Shown: positions 1 through 9,710 of the stretch, piece by piece
How positions within the stretch are numbered: the stretch's first letter is position 1
Layout: the number at the start of each line of letters is the position of its first letter
Assembly: GCA_964533495.1 (NCBI GenBank)
Contig: CAZHJU010000009.1
Span: 25,041 to 89,040, forward strand
DNA from: an uncultured Bordetella sp.
Lineage (GTDB): Bacteria; Pseudomonadota; Gammaproteobacteria; Burkholderiales; SG8-41
Direction of reading: 5' to 3'
Length of the DNA: 64,000 bases
Notes under the pieces: generated by a model
Seen by the model: only the letters and a program-made list of their open reading frames with translations
Told to the model about the DNA's origin: nothing
Database searches by the model: none
Position numbers and translations under genes: made by a program

Positions 1-1239
1 CGCGAAATCGACCGCGGGCCTGAGGCCGGACACGATGTCGGCAATGGCGCGCCCGGAACCGCAGGCATGCGTCCAGCCCAGCGTGCCGTGGCCGGTGTTG
101 AGATACAGGTTGCGGAAGCGGGTCCGGCCGATGCAGGGCACGTTCGACGGCGTGGCGGGGCGCAGCCCCGTCCAGTACTCGGCCCGCGAGGCATCGCCGG
201 CACCCGGAAACAGCTCCTCCGTCCTGCGCAGCAGCGCCGTGCAACGCACCGCGTTGAGCGCGGTGTCGTAACCGTTCAGCTCGCAGGTGCCGGCCACGCG
301 CAGCCGGTCGCCGAGGCGCGAAAACACCAGCTTGTATTCGTCGTCGGTCAGGCTCACGCGGTAGGCGCGCGCCGGATCCGCGACCGGCATGGTCAGCGAG
401 TAACCCTTGGCCGGATAGACCGGCAGGCGCAGGCCCAGCGGCTTCGCCATGTTCGCGCTGAAGCTGCCCAGCGACAGCACGCCGGCGTCGCCGCGCTCCA
501 TCCGGAACACCCCCTCCCTGCGCACCTCGACCCCGGCGAACGTTCCACGCTCGACGACGATCCGCTCGACCGCCGTCCCGTAGAGAAAGGTCACGCCGCG
601 CGCCGCGCAGGCCGCCGCGAGGTTGCGCGTGAACAGGTGCGCATCTCCCGAGCCGTCCGAGGGGGTCATGCTGCCGCCGACGATCCGGTCGCGAACCGCG
701 GCAAGCGCCGGCTCGATCGCGACGCACTCGTCCGGCGTCTTCATGTCAAGCTCGCAGCCGAGCCCGCGCATCACCCGCGCCGGCTCCTGCGCCGCGTCGA
801 ACTCCCGCCGGCTCGTGTAGAAATGCAGGATGCCGCGGCGCTCGTGGTCGAACGCGATGCCGGTTTCCGCGAGCACCTCGCGCAGCATTTCGCGGCTGTG
901 GAGCCCGAGCCGGACAATCTGCGCAATGTTGTGCCGCGTGCGCGCCGGCGTGCACTCGCGCAGGAATCCCAGGCACCAGCGCCACTGGTCGAGATCGGCG
1001 CGTAGCCGGAACAGCAGAGGCGCGTCCTCCTTCGCCAGCCATTTCAGCACCTTCAGCGGCGCGGAAGGATTGGCCCAGGGCTCCGCATGGCTGACGGACA
1101 GCTGCCCGCCGTTGGCAAAGCTGGTTTCGAGACCGGCCGCCGGCTGGCGGTCGATGACGGTGACTTCGTGGCCCTGTTTCGCAAGAAACCAGGCCGAGGC
1201 GGTGCCGACCACGCCGGCACCCAGTACGATGATTTTCAT
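1..1239 (-). CDS. dadA: D-amino acid dehydrogenase, FAD-dependent (C-terminus runs off the window start)
   Basis: The minus-strand frame from the ATG at 1239-1237 reads MKIIVLGAGVVGTASAWFLAKQGHEVTVIDRQPAAGLETSFANGGQLS... (GxGxxG FAD fold, DadA-like). It stays open to base 1, so it has no stop in the window and is absent from the ORF track. The listed 67..1005 + ORF is its antisense shadow. Confidence 0.85.
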   Translation of the reverse strand, partial: MKIIVLGAGVVGTASAWFLAKQGHEVTVIDRQPAAGLETSFANGGQLSVSHAEPWANPSAPLKVLKWLAKEDAPLLFRLRADLDQWRWCLGFLRECTPARTRHNIAQIVRLGLHSREMLREVLAETGIAFDHERRGILHFYTSRREFDAAQEPARVMRGLGCELDMKTPDECVAIEPALAAVRDRIVGGSMTPSDGSGDAHLFTRNLAAACAARGVTFLYGTAVERIVVERGTFAGVEVRREGVFRMERGDAGVLSLGSFSANMAKPLGLRLPVYPAKGYSLTMPVADPARAYRVSLTDDEYKLVFSRLGDRLRVAGTCELNGYDTALNAVRCTALLRRTEELFPGAGDASRAEYWTGLRPATPSNVPCIGRTRFRNLYLNTGHGTLGWTHACGSGRAIADIVSGLRPAVDFA

Positions 1240-1567
1240 GTCAGTCTCCAGGTTACGCAATGGACAACGGACGGAATGCATCGCATTCCGCGCCGCCCTC
1301 CCTGTCCTCGGTACCTGAGAGTTTTGCGGGCCGTGGCCCGCGTGCCCCTTCGGTGGACCGCCCGCATGCGGACGATCTCTCTCCAGTCGGCTGTGATGCC
1401 GCTTACAGTGATTCTGCCTGAGCGATCATGAGGGATTGCGCCTTCGGCGGGGATCGGAATCCCGCTCTCCTGCAAGCGATGAATGTCAAACGGCAGCTAC
1501 GTGACGGTCGGAATGCACCTCCTTTCCGGACGGCGGCAACGGCCGCGCCCGCTGTTCAGCCCGAAAT

Positions 1568-2611
1568 TCAGCCCGAAAACGCATGCCGCAAAGGCAGCGT
1601 CCTCTCGGCAGGAGCATACCAGCCCTGCGGCGCGTAGTGGCTGGTATGCAGGTAAGCCTGGAAGCGCGCCTCCCGGCTGCCCGCGGCGAATGTCAGCAAA
1701 CGGCTGCTCGGCCACCAGCGCCGGTGCTCGCGGCCGTGGAAGCGGGTCATCGCGCCGACATTCGCGAAAGTCACGCCCCAGCGCCGCTCGAGCATCTCCT
1801 TGCGCCCGAAACGGTCGTCGGGATGGGCATGCGTGTGGCTGCCCAGCCAGAGATCGATGGCGTTGGGATTTTTCTCGAAATAGTCGTGAAAGGCATTCGA
1901 ATCGGTGTCATCGCCGACCCAGTACAGGTACGACGCGCCCTCCGCATCCTCGTACGGATGATGGTAATTGCCGTTGACACCCTCCCAGCGCCCGGTCGCC
2001 GTGGTCGTGTCGCGCAGCATGTGATGGGCGCAGGTGACAATGATCTTGTCGCGGTTGGACTCGACCATGCCGCGCCACCAGTCGAAGGTTTCCGCCGTGA
2101 TCGCGCCGGCGGGATAGCCGCCGTGCTCGCCGCGGCCTTTCGGCGGCCCGCCGTCGTTGCGGTCGCCGAGCATCAGGAACAGCACGTTGCTGGCGACGAA
2201 CGAATAACGCTCCCAGGTGCCGCTGACCGGAAACGGCCTCGCCTCCGCCCGTATGCGCGAATGTTCCGGGTTGAGTCCGACGGGATCGATCCATTTCCTG
2301 AACCACCACTGCGCCTCCTCCCCGGGACCGCTGGCGTCATGGTTGCCGAGCAGGCAGTAGATCTGCTCCGGACGGTGCTTCTCGCCGGCGCACAACTGCT
2401 CGATCACCGGCGGACCGTCGGCATCCTGCGGCGGCCCCTGCGTGCCCGACAGGTCGCCGAGATTCAGCATGATGTCCCAGTCGAAGGCCGGACCGCCTTC
2501 CTGGCCACCCCGCTCGCTCTGTTCGATCGCCTCGCCCAGACTGCGACGACCGTGACGCAGGTCGCTGTGGACGTGGCAGCAGCCGCAGGCCCATACGCGA
2601 AAATGTTCCAT
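1568..2611 (-). CDS. metallophosphoesterase (calcineurin-like)
   Basis: 347 aa ORF with CGCCHVHSD near the N-terminus, LGDLSG, LLGNHD and CAHHM motifs typical of metallophosphoesterases. Confidence 0.7.
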   Translation of the reverse strand: MEHFRVWACGCCHVHSDLRHGRRSLGEAIEQSERGGQEGGPAFDWDIMLNLGDLSGTQGPPQDADGPPVIEQLCAGEKHRPEQIYCLLGNHDASGPGEEAQWWFRKWIDPVGLNPEHSRIRAEARPFPVSGTWERYSFVASNVLFLMLGDRNDGGPPKGRGEHGGYPAGAITAETFDWWRGMVESNRDKIIVTCAHHMLRDTTTATGRWEGVNGNYHHPYEDAEGASYLYWVGDDTDSNAFHDYFEKNPNAIDLWLGSHTHAHPDDRFGRKEMLERRWGVTFANVGAMTRFHGREHRRWWPSSRLLTFAAGSREARFQAYLHTSHYAPQGWYAPAERTLPLRHAFSG

Positions 2612-2637
2612 GTTCAGGGAGTTCTCCGTCGGTTGAT

Positions 2638-4881
2638 TCAGTCAAAAATGTAAATCGGGCTGGACCATGCCAGATGGCCGTCCTCCAGCGTCGCGCACAC
2701 GTACAGCGCATTGTCCCGCCCGGAAACAAGATCCAGCCTTCTCTCGATGTTCACGCGGCAATGGGAATTCCCGTCAGGCAGGCGGAATATCCTGATCCGG
2801 CGTCCGATGCCGCCGGCCTCGAAAACCAGGTCTTCACGCCCGATATCGGCGATGTTCACGCGCGCCTTGACCAAGGCCGTATCGATCTCGAGCGTGCCTG
2901 CCTGCGGATCCGACAGCCAGGCATCGAATCCTCCGAAACCGCCGGTCGTCAGGGCCGACCAGCGCACCGTCGCAGGATCGGTCTGAACGACCTTCCTGTC
3001 GAGATTCCACATGTTCACGGGAACGATCCGCTCGAAGCCGTTGCCCCCCAGCGAGCAGCTCCCGTCCCAGACGGTCTGCCTGCCGCGCCCCCTGTATTCG
3101 GCACCCTCCCAGACGACGCGGATGCGGCGGCCGAGCCGGTCTGCGGCGTAGGGCCGGAAAGTCTCCAGCGTCTCGAGGCGGTTCCGGATCTCGACACGTT
3201 CTATGGGCACTGAAGACAGGATATCCACATCCAGCGACACCGAGCGTCCGGCATGGCGCAGGATGTCCCCCATCATCGCCTCGCGGACGGCGCTGCACGC
3301 CGCCGGCCCCAGATTCGGATCCTGTTCGTGCAGCATCGCGTCCGTGTCGAAACGGGCCCGGACATCCAGCAACAGGCGGCATCCCGTCGTCGCATAGTGA
3401 TGGCGCCGCCGCAGCGCGTCGAAAATGTCCGCCCGGGTCAGCGATCGCGCCAGGATGCAGGACAGGCCGCCGTAGGCCCCGAACAGCGACGCGCCGGGAT
3501 GGCTGGCGCCGTGCCGCCCCTTGTGCCCGTCGCTGTTCGCCAGGATGCCGACGCGGTAGCCCTGCTCGAACGCATCATGCAGCAGCCATTCGAAGGTGCC
3601 CCAGTCGGAATGCACCTCGACCGCGCGCTCGATCCTCGCGTCGTGCGCCATCGCGATGTCCGCGTAACGCCCGCCGATATGGGCGAACACGACGCAGTCC
3701 TCCCCCTTCAGTGCCTCGAAGAGGTCTTCCGCGCTGTTCGCATCGCTGCCGACATCCGACAGATCCTCCACCAGGGCATGGTGCGAACGGTGGATCTGCC
3801 GCCCCTCATGCATGAACATCACGTTGCGGTCGCCGCCGAGCCCGGTGTTCCCGGACCATTCGTAGCCCGGAAAAATGACGAACGAGCCATCCCGGTTATA
3901 CTCGCGGGTCAGTTCATTGAGCTGCTCCCAGAACGCGGTGGTGATCTGGAAATCGTTGCCCTGGTGGCTCATCGCGTCGAGGAACGCGCGATCGCGGCCG
4001 AATTCGATCAGGTCGCGCGCCGGATTGGTGCCGATCGTCTCCTCGGACTGCCCGTGCAGATCCGCCCAGTACGGGAGCAGCGGCGACGACTCCACGATGC
4101 GCAGCGGATTGGAAACGCAGGCACGGGCTCCGTTTCCGTCGAACACCTCGATGACCAGGTCCCCGGGGGACTCCACGGAAAGATTGTCGATGGCTGTCGA
4201 ATACTCTCCGGCATGCATCTCCACGGTCGCCGGCAATCCCTTCACGTCGCGGTTCGCCTTCAGGGCAAAAGTCCCGGAAACCCGGTAACTGGGATTCCCC
4301 CACTGGTCCTCCCCCTTGAAGCCCAGCCTGAAGGTTTCCCCGGCACGACGCATCGTCGGCAGCACCGCCTTGTAGGCCACGGGAGGCCCCGCAACCACCG
4401 CGATCTGCGGCTGCAGCGGAAGCTCGACATAGCTGTAGGTGGCCCAGGCATCGACCAGCACGCGGAATTCGAACGTCGGCTCGTGGAAAGTCTGCACGCG
4501 GATTCCGGGCGACCCCTGCCGCCGGTCGCCGAAACGCACGATGATCCGGTCGCCCTCACGGAGAAATCCGCGCACGACACGGACAAACAGCGTCTTGTCC
4601 CACGGCCTGATGTTCATTTTGCCGTCGTACTTCACTTCCAGCACTGCACCGTTGCTCGCCTCGACCGTCGTGTAATTCCAGCCGCCCGGATCCGTGAACT
4701 GCGGCCGCCCCATGTCCGAGGCGAAACGGTGCACGATCTTGATCGATCCGGTGTCGTCGATGCCGAAATAACCGGCGGTATACGTCAACGTGAACGACTG
4801 GAAACTTCCGGCCTCGAATTCGCCCTGCGGGTCGATCCGGGCGCTGCCCATGCGTTCGGCCAGGTACGTGGAATGCGGCAT
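2638..4881 (-). CDS. large PHP-like / DUF3604-type metal-dependent hydrolase (tentative)
   Basis: 747 aa ORF. His/Asp-rich motifs YWADLHGQSEE, PGYEWSGNTGLGGDRNV, VHSDWGTFEW and ANSDGHKG resemble PHP-superfamily metal sites. The family assignment is from memory only. Confidence 0.45.
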   Translation of the reverse strand: MPHSTYLAERMGSARIDPQGEFEAGSFQSFTLTYTAGYFGIDDTGSIKIVHRFASDMGRPQFTDPGGWNYTTVEASNGAVLEVKYDGKMNIRPWDKTLFVRVVRGFLREGDRIIVRFGDRRQGSPGIRVQTFHEPTFEFRVLVDAWATYSYVELPLQPQIAVVAGPPVAYKAVLPTMRRAGETFRLGFKGEDQWGNPSYRVSGTFALKANRDVKGLPATVEMHAGEYSTAIDNLSVESPGDLVIEVFDGNGARACVSNPLRIVESSPLLPYWADLHGQSEETIGTNPARDLIEFGRDRAFLDAMSHQGNDFQITTAFWEQLNELTREYNRDGSFVIFPGYEWSGNTGLGGDRNVMFMHEGRQIHRSHHALVEDLSDVGSDANSAEDLFEALKGEDCVVFAHIGGRYADIAMAHDARIERAVEVHSDWGTFEWLLHDAFEQGYRVGILANSDGHKGRHGASHPGASLFGAYGGLSCILARSLTRADIFDALRRRHHYATTGCRLLLDVRARFDTDAMLHEQDPNLGPAACSAVREAMMGDILRHAGRSVSLDVDILSSVPIERVEIRNRLETLETFRPYAADRLGRRIRVVWEGAEYRGRGRQTVWDGSCSLGGNGFERIVPVNMWNLDRKVVQTDPATVRWSALTTGGFGGFDAWLSDPQAGTLEIDTALVKARVNIADIGREDLVFEAGGIGRRIRIFRLPDGNSHCRVNIERRLDLVSGRDNALYVCATLEDGHLAWSSPIYIFD

Positions 4882-4894
4882 TTCAGAAACTCTC

Positions 4895-5872
4895 CTAGTC
4901 CAGTTTGATGTTCTTCGACTGGATGACCCCGGCCCACTTCCCGACGTCAGCGCGGATGAACGCGGCGAAGTCGGCGGCCGACATCGGCGCCGGCTCCGAA
5001 CCGCCCTTCAGGAACCGGTCAGCGACATCCGCGGCGCCCAGGGCGGCCGCAAAGTGGCGGTTGAGGCCCGCGACACACTCCTGCGACAGGCCCTGCGGGC
5101 CGAGCAGCCCGTACCACTGGATGGCGCTGTATCCGGGCAATCCGCTTTCGGCGATCGCCGGCAGTTCCGGAAACAGCCTGGAACGCCCCGCGCCGGTCAC
5201 GCCCAGCCCCCTGAGCCGTCCCGCCTGCACGTGCGCGGACAATGTCGGGATCGCGGTGATGATCAGGGAAACATGCCCGGCCATCGTGTCGGTTGCCGCC
5301 GGCGTTCCGCCCTTGTACGGCACGTGGGTCATCTCGATTCCCGCGGCGTCCTGGAACAGTTCGGTGGCCAGGTGGCTGATCGAGCCGGCACCGTTCGTGG
5401 CGAACAGGAGCTCCCGCGGCTTCGCCTTCGCAAGCGCGACCAGCGCCTTCACCGAACGCGCCGGCAGCGAAGGATGCACCGCCAGCATCAGCGGCGCGGT
5501 CGCGATCATCGCGATCGGCGAAAAGTCCTTCAGCGGATCGTAGGGAGGCTTCGACATCATGGCCGGAATGACCGAAAAGTTGCTCGACGTCGCCAGCGTC
5601 ACGGTCTGGCAGTCAGGCGCCGCCGCCGCGGCACTCTGCGCCCCGATCAGCCCGCTGGCACCGGGGCGGTTTTCAATGACCAGACTCCGGCCGGCGCGTT
5701 CGGACACTGCCGGACCGACGATGCGCATCAGGATGTCAGCCCCGCCGCCCGCCGGAAAGGCGACGATCACCCGCAGCGACTTCGATGCGGCACCCTGCGC
5801 CATCACGGCAGCCGGAAAAGCGCAAACCGCCAGCACCCCTGCACACAACAACCATCGAGTAGTAGGCCTCAT
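4895..5872 (-). CDS. Bug-family tripartite tricarboxylate transporter substrate-binding protein (TctC-like)
   Basis: The start is trimmed to the ATG at 5872 (MRPTTRWLLCAGVLAVCAFPAAVMAQG signal peptide). Family motifs seen are VIVAFPAGGGADI, NRPGASG, YKGG and the IKLD tail. Confidence 0.85.
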   Translation of the reverse strand: MRPTTRWLLCAGVLAVCAFPAAVMAQGAASKSLRVIVAFPAGGGADILMRIVGPAVSERAGRSLVIENRPGASGLIGAQSAAAAAPDCQTVTLATSSNFSVIPAMMSKPPYDPLKDFSPIAMIATAPLMLAVHPSLPARSVKALVALAKAKPRELLFATNGAGSISHLATELFQDAAGIEMTHVPYKGGTPAATDTMAGHVSLIITAIPTLSAHVQAGRLRGLGVTGAGRSRLFPELPAIAESGLPGYSAIQWYGLLGPQGLSQECVAGLNRHFAAALGAADVADRFLKGGSEPAPMSAADFAAFIRADVGKWAGVIQSKNIKLD

Positions 5873-6072
5873 GTTTCTCTCCTTGAAGAAGTCGGAAAAA
5901 ATCCGCCTACGGCAGCACTGCTGCCGTCCCTCCAGGCACTCCGGCCCGCGGCTCCGGCGCAACCCCCGCTTGCGCGCGCGTTGCGCGTTTGCCGCAGCCG
6001 GTGCCAGATTGACATCGCAAATTCATTTCTGCAAATATCCTGTTTTACATTTCTGATTACTTCTGGTTATCA

Positions 6073-7038
6073 ATGGAAATCCGCGACATCGAGTACTTCT
6101 GCCATGTCGCCAAGGCAAGGCATGTGGGCAAGGCCGCCGACATCATCGGCCTCAGCCAGCCCGCCCTGAGCAAAAGCATCCGCAGACTCGAGAACGAGCT
6201 GAACGCCTCCCTGTTCCGGCGCACGCCCAAGGGCGTGGAAATGACCGCCGTCGGGGAAATGCTGCTGGCCCATGCCAAGAACCTCAGCGTGGCGTTCGAC
6301 GACCTGCGCCGCGAAGCGCGCAACATCGTCAGCGGCCAGAGCGGCCTGTTGCGGGTGGGCGCAAACCCCGCGATTGCGGATTACCTGCTGTGCGACATCT
6401 GCGTCGCCAGCCTTGCCGAGGCCCTCGGCGTCAGGCTTTCGGTCATGGTCGACATGAACAACGCGCTGATACCCGCCCTGCGTGACGGCGCCCTCGACCT
6501 GATCGTCAGCGGCATTCCGCCGTCGCCGGCGCCGGACTTCACGCATGAACCCCTGCTCGACGACGAGTTCGTCGTCGTGGCATCGGACGGCCATCCGCTG
6601 GCGCGGAAGAAACACCTGCGGCCCAGGGATCTGACGCCCTACCGCTGGGTCCTTTCATCAGGCTCCGTCGCCTCGAGCTCCGTGCTGTCCCGGCAGCACC
6701 TGACGCAGAGCCTCATCAATCACGGCCTGACCGAACCGGTGGTCGCGCTGGAAACCAACTCGACGCACCTGATGATGCGCGCGATCGCCGGCTCCGATCT
6801 GCTCGGCTTCCAGTCCCGCCAGGTGATCCGCAGCGCCAGACTGAAAACCCGTGAATTGCGGATCGCGGGCCTGGCATGGCACCGCCGCATCGGCATCACG
6901 TATCGCCGGCATTCCCACCTGCCACGCGCGGGGCGCAGGTTCATCCAGCTGCTCCACGAGCGCGCGAACAGGGAAAGGGAACAAATGCCTGCGAAAGCCG
7001 CTAAACTGGCGGCAGGCCCGGACTCCGGAACGCAATGA
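6073..7038 (+). CDS. LysR-family transcriptional regulator
   Basis: N-terminal wHTH MEIRDIEYFCHVAKARHVGKAADIIGLSQPALSKSIRRLE. It is divergent from the Bug gene at 4895..5872. Confidence 0.9.
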   Translation: MEIRDIEYFCHVAKARHVGKAADIIGLSQPALSKSIRRLENELNASLFRRTPKGVEMTAVGEMLLAHAKNLSVAFDDLRREARNIVSGQSGLLRVGANPAIADYLLCDICVASLAEALGVRLSVMVDMNNALIPALRDGALDLIVSGIPPSPAPDFTHEPLLDDEFVVVASDGHPLARKKHLRPRDLTPYRWVLSSGSVASSSVLSRQHLTQSLINHGLTEPVVALETNSTHLMMRAIAGSDLLGFQSRQVIRSARLKTRELRIAGLAWHRRIGITYRRHSHLPRAGRRFIQLLHERANREREQMPAKAAKLAAGPDSGTQ

Positions 7039-7058
7039 CACGATAACGACGAACGTCA

Positions 7059-8195
7059 ATGAAAATCACGAAACTCGAAGTCCACATCCTTCGCGCGCCG
7101 GACGAAGGCACGCGCCCGTACTGGGTCAGCAATTTCATCGTGCCCAAGGCCAACGAAATCCTCGTGCGCATGTTCACCGACGAGGGCATCGAAGGCATCG
7201 GCATCGCCACCAGCTACACGCCGATCGAGGCCGCGATCAAGGCCTTCAGGAGCGGCATCGCCGATCTCATCGTCGGGCAGGACCCGCTGGCCCCCGAAAA
7301 GCTGCATGACCGGCTGTTCTGGCTGACCGCGCAGAAAATCGCCTCCGAAAAAGGCTGGACGCGGGAGGCCATCGTGCGCATCGCCGCGGCGGTGGACATC
7401 GCCGCCTGGGACATCGTCGGCAAGGCGGCGAAGCTGCCGCTGTACCGGCTGTTCGGCGGCTTCCGCAGCGAAATCCCCTGCTACGTCACCTGCGCCTACT
7501 ACCGCGACGGCAAGGACATGGCCGAGCTGAAGGACGAGATGCAGATGCTCAAGGCCCAGGGCCACCAGGGCTTCAAGGCCAAGGTCGGCGGCGTGCCGCT
7601 GAAGGAAGACCTGAAGCGCCTCGAACTGGTGCGCGACGTCATCGGCCCCGACAAGGACATGATGGTCGACTGCAACCGCGCCTGGGACCTGCCGACCGCG
7701 ATCACCGCGGCGCGCGAAATGCTGCCGCTCAATCCGCGCTGGCTCGAAGAGCCGGTGCGCTGGGCCGACGACCACCGCGAACTGGTGAAACTCGCGAAAC
7801 AGACCGCCATCCCGCTGTCGGCCGGCGAAAGCGAACTGACCGCCTACGGCTGCCGCGACCTCGTCGAGGACGGCGCGATCGGCATCCTGCAGTTCGACTG
7901 CACGATGATGGGCGGCTTCACCACGGGCCGCAAGCTCGCGGCACTGTGCGAGCTGAACCAGGTGCAGGTCGCCCCCCACCACGACTGCTTCATCCACGCC
8001 CACATCGTCGCCGGCAGCCCCGCGGGCTGCATCGTTGAATCCTTCACCGATCCCGAGCGCGACCCGCTGCAGGCGGAGCTGTTCGAGGATCCGCCGAAAA
8101 TCGCCGGCGGCACGCTGTACCTGAAGGAACAGCCGGGACTGGGCCTGACGTTGTCACCGGCGGCGCTGAAGAAATTCGGCGAAAAAATTCTCTGA
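7059..8195 (+). CDS. enolase-superfamily enzyme (mandelate racemase / muconate lactonizing family)
   Basis: 378 aa starting MKITKLEVHILRAP..., with KAKVGG, MVDCNRAW, WLEEP and ESE.. patterns of the MR/MLE fold. Confidence 0.8.
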   Translation: MKITKLEVHILRAPDEGTRPYWVSNFIVPKANEILVRMFTDEGIEGIGIATSYTPIEAAIKAFRSGIADLIVGQDPLAPEKLHDRLFWLTAQKIASEKGWTREAIVRIAAAVDIAAWDIVGKAAKLPLYRLFGGFRSEIPCYVTCAYYRDGKDMAELKDEMQMLKAQGHQGFKAKVGGVPLKEDLKRLELVRDVIGPDKDMMVDCNRAWDLPTAITAAREMLPLNPRWLEEPVRWADDHRELVKLAKQTAIPLSAGESELTAYGCRDLVEDGAIGILQFDCTMMGGFTTGRKLAALCELNQVQVAPHHDCFIHAHIVAGSPAGCIVESFTDPERDPLQAELFEDPPKIAGGTLYLKEQPGLGLTLSPAALKKFGEKIL

Positions 8196-8291
8196 TTCCG
8201 GCGCAATATTCCATCAACTGGACGTTTTTCCGGGCAGGCTCCCGGGGGCGCGGTAAAATTCCCGCTCCCCCAAAGAGCAGGTTTCCGCGCC

Positions 8292-9080
8292 ATGCCCTCC
8301 CCAGCCTCCTTCACCGTCCAACACGGTGAAGTCCGCATTGCAGTCCACGCCTTCGGCAATGGCCCGCGCGTCGTGATGATGCCCTCGCTGGGCCGCGGCG
8401 CCGCCGACTTTTTCGACATCGCGCGGTGCCTGGCCGCCGCCGGATACCGCGCCCTGTGCCCCGAGCCGCGCGGCCTCGGCGGCAGCAGCGGCCCCCTCAA
8501 AGGCATCACGCTGCACGATTTCTCGGCCGACATCGCCGCGGTGATCCGCCATGACGGCGGCGAACCGTCGGTGGTCGCCGGCCACGCCTTCGGCAACTTC
8601 GTCGCCCGCACCGTCGCCGCCGACTACCCGGAACTGACCCGCGCCGTGGTGCTGCTGGCCGCAACACACACCTGGCCGCTGGCCCCCGAACTGCGCGACT
8701 CGATCAACAAATGCCACCAGATGGATCTGCCGGAGGACGTGCGGCTGAAACACCTGCGGCACGTGTTTTTCGCGCCGGGCAACGATGCCGGCGTCTGGCT
8801 CGACGGCTGGAACGACGAGGTGATGCATGCCGAGCGCGACGCCACCGAGGCAACGCCGAAACCCGAGTGGTGGACCGCCGGTACCGCGCCCGTCCTGGAC
8901 GTCCTCTCGCTGCAGGACCCGCTGTCGCCGCCGGACAGCGTCCACTGCTACCGCGACGAATGGGGCGCCGACCGGGTCGCCATCGCGAAGATCGGCAACG
9001 CCGCGCATGCCCTGCTGCCCGAACAGCCCGCGGCCGTGGCGGAAGCCATCATCGGCTACATGAAAACGCTGAAGGCATGA
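8292..9080 (+). CDS. alpha/beta-fold hydrolase family protein
   Basis: 262 aa with alpha/beta-hydrolase-like layout. The presumed nucleophile elbow reads G-H-A-F-G (Ala where Ser is usual). Confidence 0.6.
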   Translation: MPSPASFTVQHGEVRIAVHAFGNGPRVVMMPSLGRGAADFFDIARCLAAAGYRALCPEPRGLGGSSGPLKGITLHDFSADIAAVIRHDGGEPSVVAGHAFGNFVARTVAADYPELTRAVVLLAATHTWPLAPELRDSINKCHQMDLPEDVRLKHLRHVFFAPGNDAGVWLDGWNDEVMHAERDATEATPKPEWWTAGTAPVLDVLSLQDPLSPPDSVHCYRDEWGADRVAIAKIGNAAHALLPEQPAAVAEAIIGYMKTLKA

Positions 9081-9691
9081 AACTCTACTGGTCCTCGCGC
9101 TCGCCCTTCGTGCGCAAGGTCATGGTCTTCGCGCACGAATGCGGGCTCGCCGGGCGCATCGAATGCGAACGCACCTTCGTGTCGATGTCGCAGCCGAACG
9201 CCGGCCTGCTGAAAATCAATCCCACCGGCAAGATTCCGACGCTGCTGCTCGACGACGGCACGACGCTCTACGACTCGACCGTGATCTGCGAGTACCTCGA
9301 CAGCCTGCACGACGACCCGAAGCTCTTTCCGCCGGCGGGCAACGCGCGCTGGACGGCGCTGCGCCGCCATGCGCTGGGCAACAACCTGCTCGACAACCTG
9401 ATGCTGTGGCGCAACGAAACCCTGCGCCCGCAACCGCAGCAGTCGCCGGAAACGCTGGCGGCCTTCGAACTCAAGGTGCGCAACGCCGTGGCCGCCCTCG
9501 ACCGCGAAGCCGGCGCGCTGGCGGCGGACCCGGTGGGCATCGGCCATGTCGCGATTGCCTGCGCGCTGGATTACATGGATTTCCGTTTTTCGGGGCTGGC
9601 CTGGCGCAAGGGCGGGGAAAGCATCGCAAAGTGGCACAATACCTTCGCGCAGCGTCCTTCGATGACCGCCACTGCGCACGTTGACCAATAA
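9077..9691 (+). CDS. glutathione S-transferase family protein
   Basis: The ATG at 9077 overlaps the upstream stop (ATGA). It reads MKLYWSSRSPFVRKVMVFAHECGL...KIPTLLLDDGTTLYDSTVICEYL, a GST N-terminal thioredoxin-like fold. The 8711 start in the track is a spurious extension. Confidence 0.85.
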   Translation: MKLYWSSRSPFVRKVMVFAHECGLAGRIECERTFVSMSQPNAGLLKINPTGKIPTLLLDDGTTLYDSTVICEYLDSLHDDPKLFPPAGNARWTALRRHALGNNLLDNLMLWRNETLRPQPQQSPETLAAFELKVRNAVAALDREAGALAADPVGIGHVAIACALDYMDFRFSGLAWRKGGESIAKWHNTFAQRPSMTATAHVDQ

Positions 9692-9710
9692 AACACGCGG
9701 GGAGAACACC

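Noticed and set aside
8711-9076. A 120-aa N-terminal extension of the GST gene, and similar extensions on several Bug, ahpC, ABC-F and ubiU ORFs.
   Set aside because: The extensions overlap the preceding gene or intergenic DNA and have Arg/Pro-rich composition. Internal ATGs with an RBS, and signal peptides or N-terminal family motifs, give better starts.
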